Assembly: GCA_947489425.1 (NCBI GenBank)
Contig: CANLDL010000005.1
Span: forward strand, 90,361-154,360
Reading direction: 5' to 3'
DNA: 64,000 nt
From: an uncultured Pseudomonadales bacterium
Lineage (GTDB): Bacteria; Pseudomonadota; Gammaproteobacteria; Pseudomonadales; Cellvibrionaceae
A program made the position numbers and the translations under genes. Position 1 is the stretch's first letter. Every line of letters starts with the position of its first letter. Under the pieces are notes generated by a model. The model searched no databases. It was not told the origin of the DNA and was given only the letters and a program-made list of their open reading frames with translations. Shown here piece after piece: positions 16,773 to 27,396 of this stretch.

Positions 16773-17318
16773 TTAAGCGCTTTTAAAAAGGTACGCAAAA
16801 TATTTTTTCTTGTCGCTATCGCTCATATTCCGCATCGTCCTAATATTCCTTTCTGGTATTTTTTCGGGCTCTGGGTATTTCTCTAGTATTTTAGATAGAG
16901 ATTCTTCTCGCAATAGGTGCAAAATAGGAAAAGGGGCGCGGTTAGTTAAGTTTTGCGGGTCGTTGTACTCGCAGCCACTGAATTGGTAGTGTGGATGAAA
17001 GTTTGCGAGTTGGTAAACTCCTTGCCAATGATTATTTTTGAGAGCGCTGTCTGCCCAATCTAAAAATTGATAAAAATCAAAAAAATCCTCAAGTATGTGC
17101 TCGCAAACAATCAGCGTTGTTTCGATATCCTTATCGTCGTCTAGTCGTTCGCACTCGCTCATTAAGTCTGCTATCAACTGTTCTTCTGTTAATGCTTTAC
17201 TAACGGTTATTTTGATAGCCTGTTTTTGAAAAGGCGATTTTGCAAAAGGGCAAAGCTGCAGGTTTATGACAATCTCTTGTATCCATTTGTTAATGTCTTG
17301 CTCGATTGCTGAACTCAT
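16773..17318 (-). CDS. DUF1415-like protein
   Basis: 181 aa with early LCPFAK and later NFHPHYQF and NRAPFPILHLLRE motifs, which I associate with DUF1415. Confidence 0.55.
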   Translation of the reverse strand: MSSAIEQDINKWIQEIVINLQLCPFAKSPFQKQAIKITVSKALTEEQLIADLMSECERLDDDKDIETTLIVCEHILEDFFDFYQFLDWADSALKNNHWQGVYQLANFHPHYQFSGCEYNDPQNLTNRAPFPILHLLREESLSKILEKYPEPEKIPERNIRTMRNMSDSDKKKYFAYLFKSA

Positions 17319-17466
17319 ATACTTGTAATGTACTATTTATAGCTGGGGTTGATGATTATTACATGAAACGTGCAAATAATGTGAAAGTATGGACGCTGAC
17401 CTGATGTGAATAGTGTATATAGGGTATATTGAGTCATTATTCGCCTGTTCTAATTGATAATTATTT

Positions 17467-18951
17467 ATGACATTGAATATCCGACACAAACTTATTATTG
17501 CTTTCTCTGCTCTTGCTTTAGGGATTACGCTAATCTCTTTCTTGGCGATGCTGTTTTCATTTCGGGCGGGTTTTTTACAATATTTAAATGATATTCGCTA
17601 TACCTCACTAGAAAACTTACAAGAGACACTCCTTAATGAGGTGACTACAGAGGATCAATGGCGTGGGCTCGCTAGTGATAAACAACGTTGGGTCGCTATT
17701 CTTCAAAAGAACAGGCAAGGCCGCCAACGCTTTTTGCCTCCAATGATTAAGCAAAAAGATCGGAATCGACATTTTGGGCATGACGATAACCGATGGAGCA
17801 ATAAGCCTCGGCCACGTGATAGATCGCTTCCTTATGTATTGCTAGACGCAGAGCAAAAACTTATTTATGCGCCAAAAGGGCGAGAGGTTTCGGTTGAGGA
17901 TTTACTCGTCAGTGATGTGCTAATTAACAAAAAGCTATATGGCTATGTCGGTATTATTAAACTAAAAGATATTCATAATAGAGTCGACAAATTCTTTGTT
18001 ATAAAGCAAACACAGTATTTTATTGTTATTGCCATCATTGCTTGCCTGATTTCTGTTTTAGTCGCTTTTTTAATTGCTAGGCGAATGTCAGCCCCCATTC
18101 AAAAGCTCGTCTTTGCTATGAACCGTTTGATGTTGCGTGATTATAAAAATCACGTCGATTACACAGCAAAAGATGAGATTGGTAGTCTTGTCCAATCTTT
18201 TAATCAGCTATCAACTTCTTTGGAGGATCATCAGTTATCACAACAGCGTTGGATAGCCGATATATCTCACGAACTACGTACACCATTATCGACATTAAAA
18301 GCTGAGCTAGAAGCAATGCAAGATGGCGTTAGGGAAATATCTATGGCGAGAATTAATTCTCTCCATGAGGAGATCGTGAGGCTGCAAAAATTGGTGGATG
18401 ACCTGCATAAATTAGCACTGTCGGATTCTGGCGCGCTTACTTATCAATTTGATCGTGTACCAATAGCCAATTTGTTGCACGATGTTTTGGACCACCATGA
18501 AATAGAATTAAAGTCTCATGATATAACTTATGAAGTGAGTTGTCCGTCCGAAGCGAGCAATGATCTCTATGTTTATGCTGATATCAATCGTTTGTATCAA
18601 TTGTTTGAAAATCTGTTGCAAAATAGTATTCGCTATACCGACAAAGGCGGGAAGCTATCGATAAAGGTAGACCCCTCTGCAACAGATGCCATTACAATAG
18701 AGTGGGAAGATAGTAGCCCTGGTGTTTCCAATGACTCCCTAACGCATTTATTTAAGCGCTTGTACCGGGAAGAAGTATCTAGAAATAGAGAAAAAGGGGG
18801 CAGTGGTTTGGGTTTGTCGATATGTAAGGCCATTATTGATGCGCACTCGGGCAGTATTAGTGCCCATAACTCAAGTCTGGGAGGGTTAAAGCTTGCAATA
18901 GTATTGCCTAAACCAAAAATTGAAAGTAAACCTATGGACAAGGCTAAATGA
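17467..18951 (+). CDS. Sensor histidine kinase, BaeS-like (TM-periplasmic-TM-HAMP-HisKA-HATPase)
   Basis: Two transmembrane segments. H-box ADISHELRTPLS, N-box LLQNSIRYT, G-boxes EDSSPGV and GGSGLGLSICK. Overlaps the response-regulator start (ATGA). Confidence 0.88.
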   Translation: MTLNIRHKLIIAFSALALGITLISFLAMLFSFRAGFLQYLNDIRYTSLENLQETLLNEVTTEDQWRGLASDKQRWVAILQKNRQGRQRFLPPMIKQKDRNRHFGHDDNRWSNKPRPRDRSLPYVLLDAEQKLIYAPKGREVSVEDLLVSDVLINKKLYGYVGIIKLKDIHNRVDKFFVIKQTQYFIVIAIIACLISVLVAFLIARRMSAPIQKLVFAMNRLMLRDYKNHVDYTAKDEIGSLVQSFNQLSTSLEDHQLSQQRWIADISHELRTPLSTLKAELEAMQDGVREISMARINSLHEEIVRLQKLVDDLHKLALSDSGALTYQFDRVPIANLLHDVLDHHEIELKSHDITYEVSCPSEASNDLYVYADINRLYQLFENLLQNSIRYTDKGGKLSIKVDPSATDAITIEWEDSSPGVSNDSLTHLFKRLYREEVSRNREKGGSGLGLSICKAIIDAHSGSISAHNSSLGGLKLAIVLPKPKIESKPMDKAK

Positions 18952-19643
18952 GTAATAAGGTATTAGTGGTTGAAGACGAAATTAAATTAGCTGAATTACT
19001 CAGGGATTTTTTAGAGCGATCTGGCTTTTTAGTAGAGCTAGTCACCGATGGTATTGAGGTAATGGCTGCGCTTAATACTTTTCGTCCAGATATTTTATTA
19101 TTAGATATTATGTTGCCAAATAAAGATGGTATCTCTCTTTGCAAAGAAATACGCCAGTCGTCACTGCACCAATACCTCCCTATTATTATGCTTACTGCAA
19201 AAGTTGATGAGATAGATCGTCTGTTAGGGCTTGAAATTGGGGCAGATGATTACGTTTGTAAACCCTATAGCCCGCGTGAAGTTGTTGCCAGAGTGAAAGC
19301 GATCATACGTAGGCAAAATTATAGTGGGGCAGAAAATAACTCAACAGGCCTATTACTCGATAACAATAAAATGAGTGCTTCCCTCAATGGTAAAAAGTTA
19401 GATTTGACCGCAATAGAGTATAAGTTGCTTAGCCTAATGTCAGAGTCGCCAGGCAGAATTTATTCACGTTCGCAATTAATGAGTGAGATGTATAGCGATT
19501 ATCGAGTTGTCTCTGAGAGAACAATTGACAGTCATATTAAAAAACTGAGGCATAAAATTGCAGGTGCATGTAGTAGCACTGAAATTATTCATTCGGTTTA
19601 TGGTGTCGGATATAAAATGGAGTACATTGAGCTTGATTCGTAA
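18948..19643 (+). CDS. OmpR-family response regulator, BaeR-like
   Basis: Receiver domain (VLVVEDE...LLLDIMLP...LTAK) plus a winged-helix C-terminus (LTAIEYKLL...VYGVGYK). Confidence 0.9.
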   Translation: MSNKVLVVEDEIKLAELLRDFLERSGFLVELVTDGIEVMAALNTFRPDILLLDIMLPNKDGISLCKEIRQSSLHQYLPIIMLTAKVDEIDRLLGLEIGADDYVCKPYSPREVVARVKAIIRRQNYSGAENNSTGLLLDNNKMSASLNGKKLDLTAIEYKLLSLMSESPGRIYSRSQLMSEMYSDYRVVSERTIDSHIKKLRHKIAGACSSTEIIHSVYGVGYKMEYIELDS

Positions 19644-19742
19644 ATCATTCACCTTTCATATTCTTTGCACATTTGTCAGTATTTTCTGCACTTTTGTTAT
19701 TTATAGTAAACACTCAAGTTATTAATCTTACTGAGGTTTATT

Positions 19743-20114
19743 ATGAATAAAACACCAAAGAAAAAATATATTGTTGCTGGCTTACTCGTTGCTACTATTT
19801 CTGTATCTTCTCTTGTTATGGCGCATAAATTTAAGCAACCAAATTTTGAGAAACTAGCTGATAAATTAGAGTTGACCATAGAGCAAACGCCAGAATTTAT
19901 TTCAGTTATGGATGCACATTTTGAAAAGCGTAAAGCCTTTAAAAAAGCACAGCGTGTTGAATTAAAGAAAAAAATGGAAGAGCACCAGCAACAGATGTTA
20001 GCCGACCTATCGGTGATATTAAATGAGGAGCAGTTGACGAGTTTTGAGCAACACATGGAGAAACGTAAAGAGAGGTTTGAGCATCGAATGAAAAAGCACA
20101 ATAAAGAATATTAA
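19743..20114 (+). CDS. Spy/CpxP-like periplasmic helical protein (LTxxQ motifs)
   Basis: Signal peptide, highly charged helical 123-aa protein with LTIEQ and LNEEQ motifs spaced as in the CpxP/Spy/ZraP family. Lies directly after the BaeSR-like pair. Confidence 0.55.
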   Translation: MNKTPKKKYIVAGLLVATISVSSLVMAHKFKQPNFEKLADKLELTIEQTPEFISVMDAHFEKRKAFKKAQRVELKKKMEEHQQQMLADLSVILNEEQLTSFEQHMEKRKERFEHRMKKHNKEY

Positions 20115-20121
20115 GCCAACT

Positions 20122-20146
20122 AAAGGCCTCGAAAGAGGCCTTTTTT
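20122..20146. terminator. Bidirectional rho-independent terminator
   Basis: AAAGGCCTC GAAA GAGGCCTTT followed by a T-run, between convergent gene ends. Confidence 0.85.
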
Positions 20147-20151
20147 ATACG

Positions 20152-21027
20152 TCACTTTTGTAAATGTTTGAGCATCGCGCGTGCTGCATTTGATAGCGTA
20201 CGTTCGTGGTGGTGTATACAACCCAATTGCCTAGTGAGTTTTAACCCAGATACTTTAAGAGAGGTAATGCTTTCACTTAATAGCGTTTTTGGTAATACAC
20301 TCCAGCCCAAACCCACAGAGATCATCATTTTTATCGCATCTAAATGATTTGTTGTCATGGATATATTCAGTACTTGTTTCTCTTGTGTAAATAATTGTTG
20401 GATTAGCTCGGTTGTATAGGTGTTTCTGTCGGGCAATATGGCAGGGTAGTCGGCTAAGTCTGCTAGATCAATACAGGCTTTATTACTTAATGGGTGTTTG
20501 TTATTAGCAATAAATACCATCGGATCTTGCCACAATGTGTGGTGTTGTATGTTATCAATTTTATGACTAAGCATAGCCTCGTGTAGCGTAATCAAGGCAA
20601 GCTCAAACTCGCCTTGCAAAATCGCTTGTGTCGCCTGCTCCGAATCAATAAACGTTAATTGCAAATGAACATCAGGGTATTGCTCGCTAAAAGATTTTAA
20701 AAAGGGCGGTAGGCGATGAAGACCAATATGGTGGCTAGTGGCAATGCGCAATGTGCCCGATACACTGCCACGAATATCACTCATAAATTGCTCGGTATCG
20801 GCTATTTCTTGCAATATACGTTTTGCCCTTGGTACCAAGGCAACCCCCGCTTCTGTTAGTTGCACACTCCGCCCAATACGATCAAACAATGGCTGCGTGA
20901 TTTGCGATTCTAATAGAGCTATGCGCTTACTAATGGCCGACTGTGTCAGGTGCAATTGTTCTGCGGCGGCAGAAAAAGAGCTAAGTTTGGCAACAGTAAC
21001 AAAGGCTGTGAGTAGTTGAGTATCCAT
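20152..21027 (-). CDS. LysR-family transcriptional regulator, divergent from leuC
   Basis: N-terminal HTH (FVTVAKLSSFSAAAEQLHLTQSAISKRIALLE) and a LysR substrate-binding domain, 291 aa. Confidence 0.9.
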   Translation of the reverse strand: MDTQLLTAFVTVAKLSSFSAAAEQLHLTQSAISKRIALLESQITQPLFDRIGRSVQLTEAGVALVPRAKRILQEIADTEQFMSDIRGSVSGTLRIATSHHIGLHRLPPFLKSFSEQYPDVHLQLTFIDSEQATQAILQGEFELALITLHEAMLSHKIDNIQHHTLWQDPMVFIANNKHPLSNKACIDLADLADYPAILPDRNTYTTELIQQLFTQEKQVLNISMTTNHLDAIKMMISVGLGWSVLPKTLLSESITSLKVSGLKLTRQLGCIHHHERTLSNAARAMLKHLQK

Positions 21028-21042
21028 CGGTTTATTTTAACT

Positions 21043-21057
21043 ATTCCAAAAAGGAAT
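21043..21057. promoter_or_regulatory. LysR-type T-N11-A palindrome in the lysR/leuC divergent region
   Basis: ATTCCAAAAAGGAAT is a perfect 15-bp palindrome, 16 nt upstream of the LysR start codon. Confidence 0.45.
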
Positions 21058-21156
21058 GCAAATCATCAAAAATATGAATTTGTTTTATGTCCTGTGGGCG
21101 GGTACTATTTGTTCAATGTTTTATAACGTCAACTAAGCAAGTAGGTAGATAGACTG

Positions 21157-22587
21157 ATGGCTGGAAAAACGCTTTACGATAAATTATGGGATGCGCATTT
21201 AGTTAAGCAGCGCGATGATGGCTCTGCGCTTATTTATATCGATCGTCATATTGTGCATGAAGTCACAAGCCCACAGGCATTTGAAGGCCTGCGTCTCGCC
21301 AGTAGGCAAGTTTGGCGTGTGGATAGTGTATTGGCTACGCCAGACCATAACGTACCGACTACGGTTAAAGAGCGCGCCTCGGGGGTTGAGGGTATCGAAG
21401 ACCCTGTCTCGAAAATTCAGGTTAAAACCCTCGATGATAACTGCGATAGCTTTGGTATTACCGAATACAAAATTAATGATCGCCGCCAGGGTATTGTGCA
21501 TGTGATTGGGCCTGAATCCGGTGCCTGCCTGCCCGGTATGACCGTTGTCTGTGGTGACTCTCATACAGCTACCAATGGCGCATTGGGTGCGTTGGCTCAT
21601 GGTATTGGTACGAGTGAAGTTGAGCATGTCTTAGCGACCCAGTGTTTGGTTGCTAAAAAAATGAAAAATATGTTGGTTAAGGTCGACGGCAAATTGGGTA
21701 AGGGTGTCACTCCAAAAGATGTTGTACTTGCGATTATTGCCAAAATTGGCACCGCCGGTGGTAATGGTTATGCCATTGAGTTCGGTGGACAGGTATTTCG
21801 CGATATGTCGATGGAAGGGCGTATGACTGTCTGCAATATGGCGATTGAAGGTGGTGCGCGTGCTGGTATGGTGGCTGTTGATGAAACCACGATCAACTAT
21901 GTTAAAGATCGTGACTTTGCGCCTAAGGCAGCTCACTGGGATGCAGCAGTTAAAGAATGGATCAATCTTGTTAGTGATGATGATGCTGTGTTTGATAGTG
22001 TCGTTGAGCTTGATGGCTCAGCGATTAACCCGCAAGTGAGTTGGGGGACCTCGCCAGAGATGGTCGTTGATGTAAATGCCTCTGTACCTAACCCGGCAGA
22101 TGAAGCTGATAGCGTTAAGAAAGCGGGTATGGAACGCGCGTTAGAATACATGGGTTTACAGGCAGGTCAAAAAATTACCGATATCCATCTTGATCGAGTA
22201 TTTATAGGCTCTTGTACTAATTCGCGTATTGAAGATATGCGTGCAGCTGCCGCAGTGGTTAGTGGCCGTAAAAAAGCAGCTAGCATTAAAGAGGCGATTG
22301 TTGTGCCGGGTTCTGGCCTTGTCAAAGAGCAAGCAGAGGCAGAGGGTTTGGATAAAATATTTACCGAGGCAGGGCTCGAATGGCGTGAGCCAGGGTGCTC
22401 GATGTGTTTGGCAATGAATGCGGATAAATTAGGTGCAGGTGAGCATTGTGCCTCGACCTCTAACCGCAATTTTGAAGGCAGGCAAGGTTATGGCGGTCGC
22501 ACACATTTGGTGAGCCCAGAGATGGCAGCGGCGGCCGCTATTGCAGGTCACTTTGTTGACGTAAGACAATTTGCGAAGGAGGCTTAA
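21157..22587 (+). CDS. leuC: 3-isopropylmalate dehydratase large subunit
   Basis: 476 aa. [16 protein letters not shown]..., Fe-S ligand regions VCGDSHT and IGSCTNSR plus NRNFEGRQG. Confidence 0.97.
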   Translation: MAGKTLYDKLWDAHLVKQRDDGSALIYIDRHIVHEVTSPQAFEGLRLASRQVWRVDSVLATPDHNVPTTVKERASGVEGIEDPVSKIQVKTLDDNCDSFGITEYKINDRRQGIVHVIGPESGACLPGMTVVCGDSHTATNGALGALAHGIGTSEVEHVLATQCLVAKKMKNMLVKVDGKLGKGVTPKDVVLAIIAKIGTAGGNGYAIEFGGQVFRDMSMEGRMTVCNMAIEGGARAGMVAVDETTINYVKDRDFAPKAAHWDAAVKEWINLVSDDDAVFDSVVELDGSAINPQVSWGTSPEMVVDVNASVPNPADEADSVKKAGMERALEYMGLQAGQKITDIHLDRVFIGSCTNSRIEDMRAAAAVVSGRKKAASIKEAIVVPGSGLVKEQAEAEGLDKIFTEAGLEWREPGCSMCLAMNADKLGAGEHCASTSNRNFEGRQGYGGRTHLVSPEMAAAAAIAGHFVDVRQFAKEA

Positions 22588-22591
22588 TAAA

Positions 22592-23239
22592 ATGAAGGCA
22601 TTTACAAAAGTAACAGGGGTTGCCGCGCCAATGGATCGCGCTAACGTCGATACCGATATGATAATCCCTAAGCAGTTTTTAAAATCTATTAAGCGTAGTG
22701 GTTTTGGTAAAAACTTATTTGACGAATTACGTTATTTAGATGAAGGTCAACCAGATCAGTCTTGTGAAGGGCGTCCTGTAAATACTGAATTTCCACTTAA
22801 TTTTGATCGCTATCAAGGTGCCTCTATTTTACTAGCACGCGAAAATTTTGGTTGTGGTTCAAGCCGTGAGCATGCACCGTGGGCACTAGATGACTATGGT
22901 TTTCGTGCGATTTTAGCGCCAAGCTATGCGGATATTTTTTATAATAATTCATTTAAAAATGGTTTGTTGCCCGTTATTTTAGATGAATCGATAATTGAGC
23001 AGTTGTTTAACGAGATGTATGCAACCGAAGGCTACCAATTAACGATCGACTTAGAAGAGCAGGCTGTGATAACCCCAAGCGGTGAGAGCTTTAGTTTTGA
23101 AGTCGATGAGTTCCGTCGCCATTGCTTACTTAATGGTCTAGATGATATTGGTTTAACGCTAGAAGATGCCGATTTTATTAAAGCCTATGAGCAAAAGCGT
23201 AGGGCAGAAGCGCCCTGGCTATTTGATACGATCAAATAA
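22592..23239 (+). CDS. leuD: 3-isopropylmalate dehydratase small subunit
   Basis: [31 protein letters not shown]..., [23 protein letters not shown] at 22576..22582. The ORF-track start at 22571 (TTG) overlaps the leuC end and is less likely. Confidence 0.95.
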   Translation: MKAFTKVTGVAAPMDRANVDTDMIIPKQFLKSIKRSGFGKNLFDELRYLDEGQPDQSCEGRPVNTEFPLNFDRYQGASILLARENFGCGSSREHAPWALDDYGFRAILAPSYADIFYNNSFKNGLLPVILDESIIEQLFNEMYATEGYQLTIDLEEQAVITPSGESFSFEVDEFRRHCLLNGLDDIGLTLEDADFIKAYEQKRRAEAPWLFDTIK

Positions 23240-23246
23240 AAATTGC

Positions 23247-23346
23247 CTTTTTCCGCGATAGCTGCGTCAGCTCCGTGCCCGAATCCTCATGTACTGCGTG
23301 TACATTGCGGTTCTGCGCGCAGTGCTTTCTTGCTCTCACGAAAAAA
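23247..23346. repeat. GC-rich ~100-bp structured intergenic element (REP/MITE-like candidate) between leuD and leuB
   Basis: Imperfect terminal inverted repeats: TTTTTCCGCGATAGC ... GCTCTCACGAAAAA. Internal hairpin ATGTAC-TGCGT-GTACAT (23289..23305) and palindrome CTGCGCGCAG (23313..23322). Markedly more GC-rich than the flanks. Copy number unknown. Confidence 0.4.
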
Positions 23347-23434
23347 TTCTAATTTTTAGGGGTACCTTTAGCTCAGTACAAATGGTTAAAAAGTCGAGAG
23401 AAGTTACTAAATTTAAAAAGAATATGATATCGAG

Positions 23435-24520
23435 GTGAATGTGTCTAAAAAATTATTATTATTAGCTGGCGATGGTATTGGACCAGAGATTGTTGCTGAG
23501 GCAAAAAAAGTCATTGATCGCCTAAATCAAACAATGTCTTTGGGTATCGAATACAGCGAAGGTTTAATTGGTGGTTGCTCAATTGATGCTCATGGCATTC
23601 CTTTAACCGATGAGACCATCGAAGTTGCTAAAAAAAGCGATGCCATTTTATTGGGGGCAGTAGGTGGCCCTAAATGGGATACCCTTGAGCGCGCTATTCG
23701 CCCAGAAAAAGGCTTGCTAAAAATTCGAGCCGAGTTAGATTTGTTTTCTAATTTGCGCCCAGCCATTTTATACCCGCAACTTGCGGATGCCTCATCGCTT
23801 AAAAAAGAATTGGTTGCCGATTTAGATTTAATGATTGTGCGTGAGCTGACCGGCGGTATATATTTTGGTGAGCCACGTGGCGTGCGTACCTTGGAGAATG
23901 GTGAACGCCAAGGTTATAACACTATGGTGTATAGCGAGAGCGAGATTGAGCGTATTGGCCGCAACGCTTTTGAGATTGCACAAAAGCGCGGCAAGCGTTT
24001 GTGCTCTGTCGAAAAAGCCAATGTACTAGAGGTTTCTGGCCTTTGGCGCGAAGTGATGGAGCGCATTGCTAAAGACTATAGCGATGTTGAAATTGAGCAT
24101 TTATATGTCGATAACGCGGCAATGCAGCTAGTGCGTGCGCCTAAACAATTCGATGTAATGGTCACCAGCAATTTATTTGGCGATATATTATCGGACTGTG
24201 CGGCTATGTTAACGGGCTCTATTGGTATGTTGCCATCAGCATCGCTGAACTCGGCAGGTCTTGGTATGTACGAACCCGTACATGGCTCGGCACCCGATAT
24301 CGCTGGCAAGGGCATCGCTAACCCATTGGCGACTATTCTCTCGGTAGAAATGATGTTGCGCTATTCACTAAATATACCAGAGGCTGCCGATGCAGTTTCA
24401 CGTGCTGTTGGTAAAGTGTTAGATCAAGGCTTACGTACAGCGGATATTTATTCCGATGATGCATCTATTACTAAAGTGAGCACCACAGAGATGGGCGATG
24501 CGGTTGTTGCCCAGTTATAA
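23435..24520 (+). CDS. leuB: 3-isopropylmalate dehydrogenase
   Basis: [12 protein letters not shown]..., [26 protein letters not shown] start at 23435 or 23441. Confidence 0.96.
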   Translation: MNVSKKLLLLAGDGIGPEIVAEAKKVIDRLNQTMSLGIEYSEGLIGGCSIDAHGIPLTDETIEVAKKSDAILLGAVGGPKWDTLERAIRPEKGLLKIRAELDLFSNLRPAILYPQLADASSLKKELVADLDLMIVRELTGGIYFGEPRGVRTLENGERQGYNTMVYSESEIERIGRNAFEIAQKRGKRLCSVEKANVLEVSGLWREVMERIAKDYSDVEIEHLYVDNAAMQLVRAPKQFDVMVTSNLFGDILSDCAAMLTGSIGMLPSASLNSAGLGMYEPVHGSAPDIAGKGIANPLATILSVEMMLRYSLNIPEAADAVSRAVGKVLDQGLRTADIYSDDASITKVSTTEMGDAVVAQL

Positions 24521-24583
24521 CTAGGGCCAATTATGACGCTATACTGAGTATGGCGTCATAAGTCTTTTAGTGGATGCTTACTT

Positions 24584-24844
24584 ATGGATAGCTTGATTGA
24601 AGAAGTTGCTAAAGGGTTTCTAAGAGGCATTGGGTATATTCTGGCTGAAATACTGTTTGGCACTGTGTGTTATTGGATAGGTTGGCCGATTTGTAAAATT
24701 CTCACGCTGGGTAAGTATCCATCATCGAATCAGACGGTTTATCTTGACGATGGCCATCATCGCTCTAAAGGTTTTTGGTGTAGCGGCGTTGGTTTTCTAG
24801 TTATCCTTTTTGTTACTCTTTATTTTGCTGGGCTATTTTCGTAA
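24584..24844 (+). CDS. Hypothetical small membrane protein
   Basis: 86 aa with two hydrophobic segments. No family recognised. Confidence 0.35.
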   Translation: MDSLIEEVAKGFLRGIGYILAEILFGTVCYWIGWPICKILTLGKYPSSNQTVYLDDGHHRSKGFWCSGVGFLVILFVTLYFAGLFS

Positions 24845-24930
24845 AGCCCAGCGATAAGAGTCATTTTATAAAGGGCACTATTTTATGAAGTAGAGCTTTT
24901 TATAAGGTAGCCTTATTTTATGTGGTATCA

Positions 24931-25836
24931 CTAGGGGTAGAGTCTTTTATCTTGTCTATAAATTGATAGTACACCTTGGGGTTGTCTGCCAAAACGTTTA
25001 TAGATCCACTGATATTGCTCAGGCGTTTTTCTCACGACTTTTTCTATTGCTTTATTAAGGCCCGTTGCAGCAGCGACAGGGTCTTTTGTATCCATACCTT
25101 CTACATCATGAAATTCTATTTCAAAACCGGCACCTTTGGGTTTACGTGTCGCTGTTACCAGTAATACCTCGGCCTTGTTGGGGCGCGCAAAAGTATGTGT
25201 CATTTTGCCGGTAAGTGTTTGTAAGCCAAAGAAAGGCACATAAACACCTGCTTTTCTTTCGGGTAGGTGATCCGATAACACAACCAGTAAGTTACCTTGC
25301 TTTATATGTTTAAGCGCTTGCCGTACGCCTGTCATATCGACATTAAACATTTTAGTGCCAACGCGTTCGCGGCTATCAGTTACCACCTTTTCAAGGGTTT
25401 CTGATTTGGCAGCCTTATACATACAGCCCGATGGGTAATTCTGCGGCAGGTAATAATTCATCATTTCCCAGTTGCCATAGTGAGGCATAATTATTACAAC
25501 CCCTTTCTTTTTATCGAAGGCTTCTTGTAGTTTCTCTGGGTTTTTAATAGTGGTTTTTTTCATGGCGCGTTCGGGTTTGCTAAACCACGCAAAGGGTGTT
25601 TCACAAACCCACTTGCCAGTTTCTTCCGCATTTTTCCACAGCAGTTGTGCTTGTTCTGCGTCACTCATCTCAGGAAAGCAGTGCTTAATATTGCACTCGG
25701 CAATCAAACGCCTTTTCCTATGAATAGCAAAGTAAATTTTACCGGAAACACTGCCGACAGCTTGGAGCCAAGATAGCGGTATTAGACTGGCTGCGGACAT
25801 AAGGCCGTTGATAATTGAGGACTTGAGTTTTTTCAT
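24931..25836 (-). CDS. Lipid A biosynthesis (Kdo)2-lipid IVA acyltransferase family protein (LpxL/LpxM/LpxP-like)
   Basis: 301 aa, N-terminal membrane anchor, acyltransferase H-x4-E motif in IIMPHYGNWEM. Typical family length. Confidence 0.8.
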   Translation of the reverse strand: MKKLKSSIINGLMSAASLIPLSWLQAVGSVSGKIYFAIHRKRRLIAECNIKHCFPEMSDAEQAQLLWKNAEETGKWVCETPFAWFSKPERAMKKTTIKNPEKLQEAFDKKKGVVIIMPHYGNWEMMNYYLPQNYPSGCMYKAAKSETLEKVVTDSRERVGTKMFNVDMTGVRQALKHIKQGNLLVVLSDHLPERKAGVYVPFFGLQTLTGKMTHTFARPNKAEVLLVTATRKPKGAGFEIEFHDVEGMDTKDPVAAATGLNKAIEKVVRKTPEQYQWIYKRFGRQPQGVLSIYRQDKRLYP

Positions 25837-26024
25837 TAATGGATACGATTACAATTATAGGGAGGTCAGTATGGGTGCTTCATCGCTCAAATGCTTTAAG
25901 CCTGTAATTCTAACACAAGCGATTATCGAATAATAAAGCAGAGTTAGTTTTTTATCAGTGGGTTCTGCGGTAAACTGCACCTTTTACGCAGATACACTTT
26001 ACATAAGAGGTTTGAAAGAGTTCC

Positions 26025-27164
26025 ATGAAAGTAGGTTTTGTCGGTTGGCGAGGTATGGTGGGTTCGGTCTTGATGGGTCGAATGATAGAAGAGAATGATT
26101 TTTCAGCCTTTGATCCTATTTTTTTTACGACATCAAATGTGGGTGGGCAGGGGCCTGATATTGGTAAAGATATTGAACCTTTAAAAGATGCAAAAGATAT
26201 CACCGAATTATCCAAAATGGATGTCATTATTACCTGTCAAGGTGGTGATTATACCAAAGAGGTATTCAAGCCTTTACGGGAATCAGGTTGGGATGGTTTT
26301 TGGATTGATGCTGCCTCTGCGCTACGTATGGAAACCGATGCAGTTATCGTACTTGACCCAGTGAATTCTTCGGTCATTGATACGGCATTAAAAAGTGGCG
26401 TTAAAGATTATATTGGTGGTAACTGTACGGTAAGCTTAATGTTGATGGCTATAGGTGGCTTGATTAATGCAGGCCATGTTGAATGGATATCGGCAATGAC
26501 TTACCAAGCCGCGAGCGGTGGCGGTGCGCGCCATATGCGTGAACTATTGAATCAAATGGGTGAGTTGCGTGATACCGTAGCTGACGAACTTGCTGATCCA
26601 GCCTCTGCTATTTTAGATATCGATAAAAAAGTTGCTGCTAAATTGCGCGATGACAGTTTACCTCAGGAGAATTTTGGGGTGCCATTAGCTGGTAGTGTAT
26701 TGCCTTATATCGATAGTGAATTAGAGTCAGGTCAAAGCCGAGAAGAGTGGAAAGCCGATGCTGAGACGAATAAAATCATCTCGGGTGCTTCCTACGAGAA
26801 TGATATGACAACATTGACACCTCATATCCCTGTTGATGGTGTATGCGTTCGTGTTGGTGCTATGCGCTGCCACAGTCAAGCTCTCACTATTAAGTTGAAA
26901 AAAGATTTACCTATGGATGAGATCGAACGCTTAATAGCCAATGCTAACGATTGGGTAAAAGTTGTCCCTAATCATAAAGAGGCTTCTCTGAGTGATTTAA
27001 CGCCAACAGCGGTTACGGGGACTTTAGCTATTCCTGTAGGGCGTTTACGCAAAATGCACATGGGGCCAGAATACCTCAGTGCATTTACCGTGGGTGACCA
27101 GCTTCTATGGGGGGCTGCTGAGCCACTACGTCGTATGCTACAAATACTGCTAAATCGTAAATAG
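26025..27164 (+). CDS. asd: Aspartate-semialdehyde dehydrogenase
   Basis: [20 protein letters not shown]..., active-site context [26 protein letters not shown]. coli-type Asd. Confidence 0.96.
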   Translation: MKVGFVGWRGMVGSVLMGRMIEENDFSAFDPIFFTTSNVGGQGPDIGKDIEPLKDAKDITELSKMDVIITCQGGDYTKEVFKPLRESGWDGFWIDAASALRMETDAVIVLDPVNSSVIDTALKSGVKDYIGGNCTVSLMLMAIGGLINAGHVEWISAMTYQAASGGGARHMRELLNQMGELRDTVADELADPASAILDIDKKVAAKLRDDSLPQENFGVPLAGSVLPYIDSELESGQSREEWKADAETNKIISGASYENDMTTLTPHIPVDGVCVRVGAMRCHSQALTIKLKKDLPMDEIERLIANANDWVKVVPNHKEASLSDLTPTAVTGTLAIPVGRLRKMHMGPEYLSAFTVGDQLLWGAAEPLRRMLQILLNRK

Positions 27165-27396
27165 CAGCTAAACTCTTAATAGCATACAAATAAATCGTTA
27201 CGTTTTCTTTGTATGCTGATCCTTCAAAATTTAACTTTGCGTAAAAGTTGTTATTTTTATGTTGCTACTCTAATTAGCAGTGTATTTACGCTTATCATGC
27301 TTACAAAGGTATTTTTAAAGTAAGTTGATATCTAAATTTTGGTGGATGCTTTTGTAAAGGGTTAATCAATATTAGAAATTGGAATTAGGTATATAT

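Noticed and set aside
19697-20101. 134-aa Cys-rich ORF antisense to the Spy-like gene
   Set aside because: The plus-strand ORF has an RBS-spaced ATG, a signal peptide and LTxxQ motifs. The antisense frame is low-complexity and lacks any start context.
21199-22469. Several 60-140-aa ORFs, antisense or out of frame, within leuC
   Set aside because: They are fully embedded in a highly conserved enzyme gene, with no motifs or start context. This is typical shadow-ORF noise. The same applies to ORFs inside the AAA ATPase (15672..16330), metZ, purF, moxR and fdsB.
23358-23402. tRNA-like start GGGGTACCTTTAGCTCAGT (D-loop-like TAGCTCAGT) before leuB
   Set aside because: No anticodon arm, T-arm (GTTCGA-type) or acceptor complement follows, so it is not a tRNA. 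At best it is a chance match or a tiny remnant.
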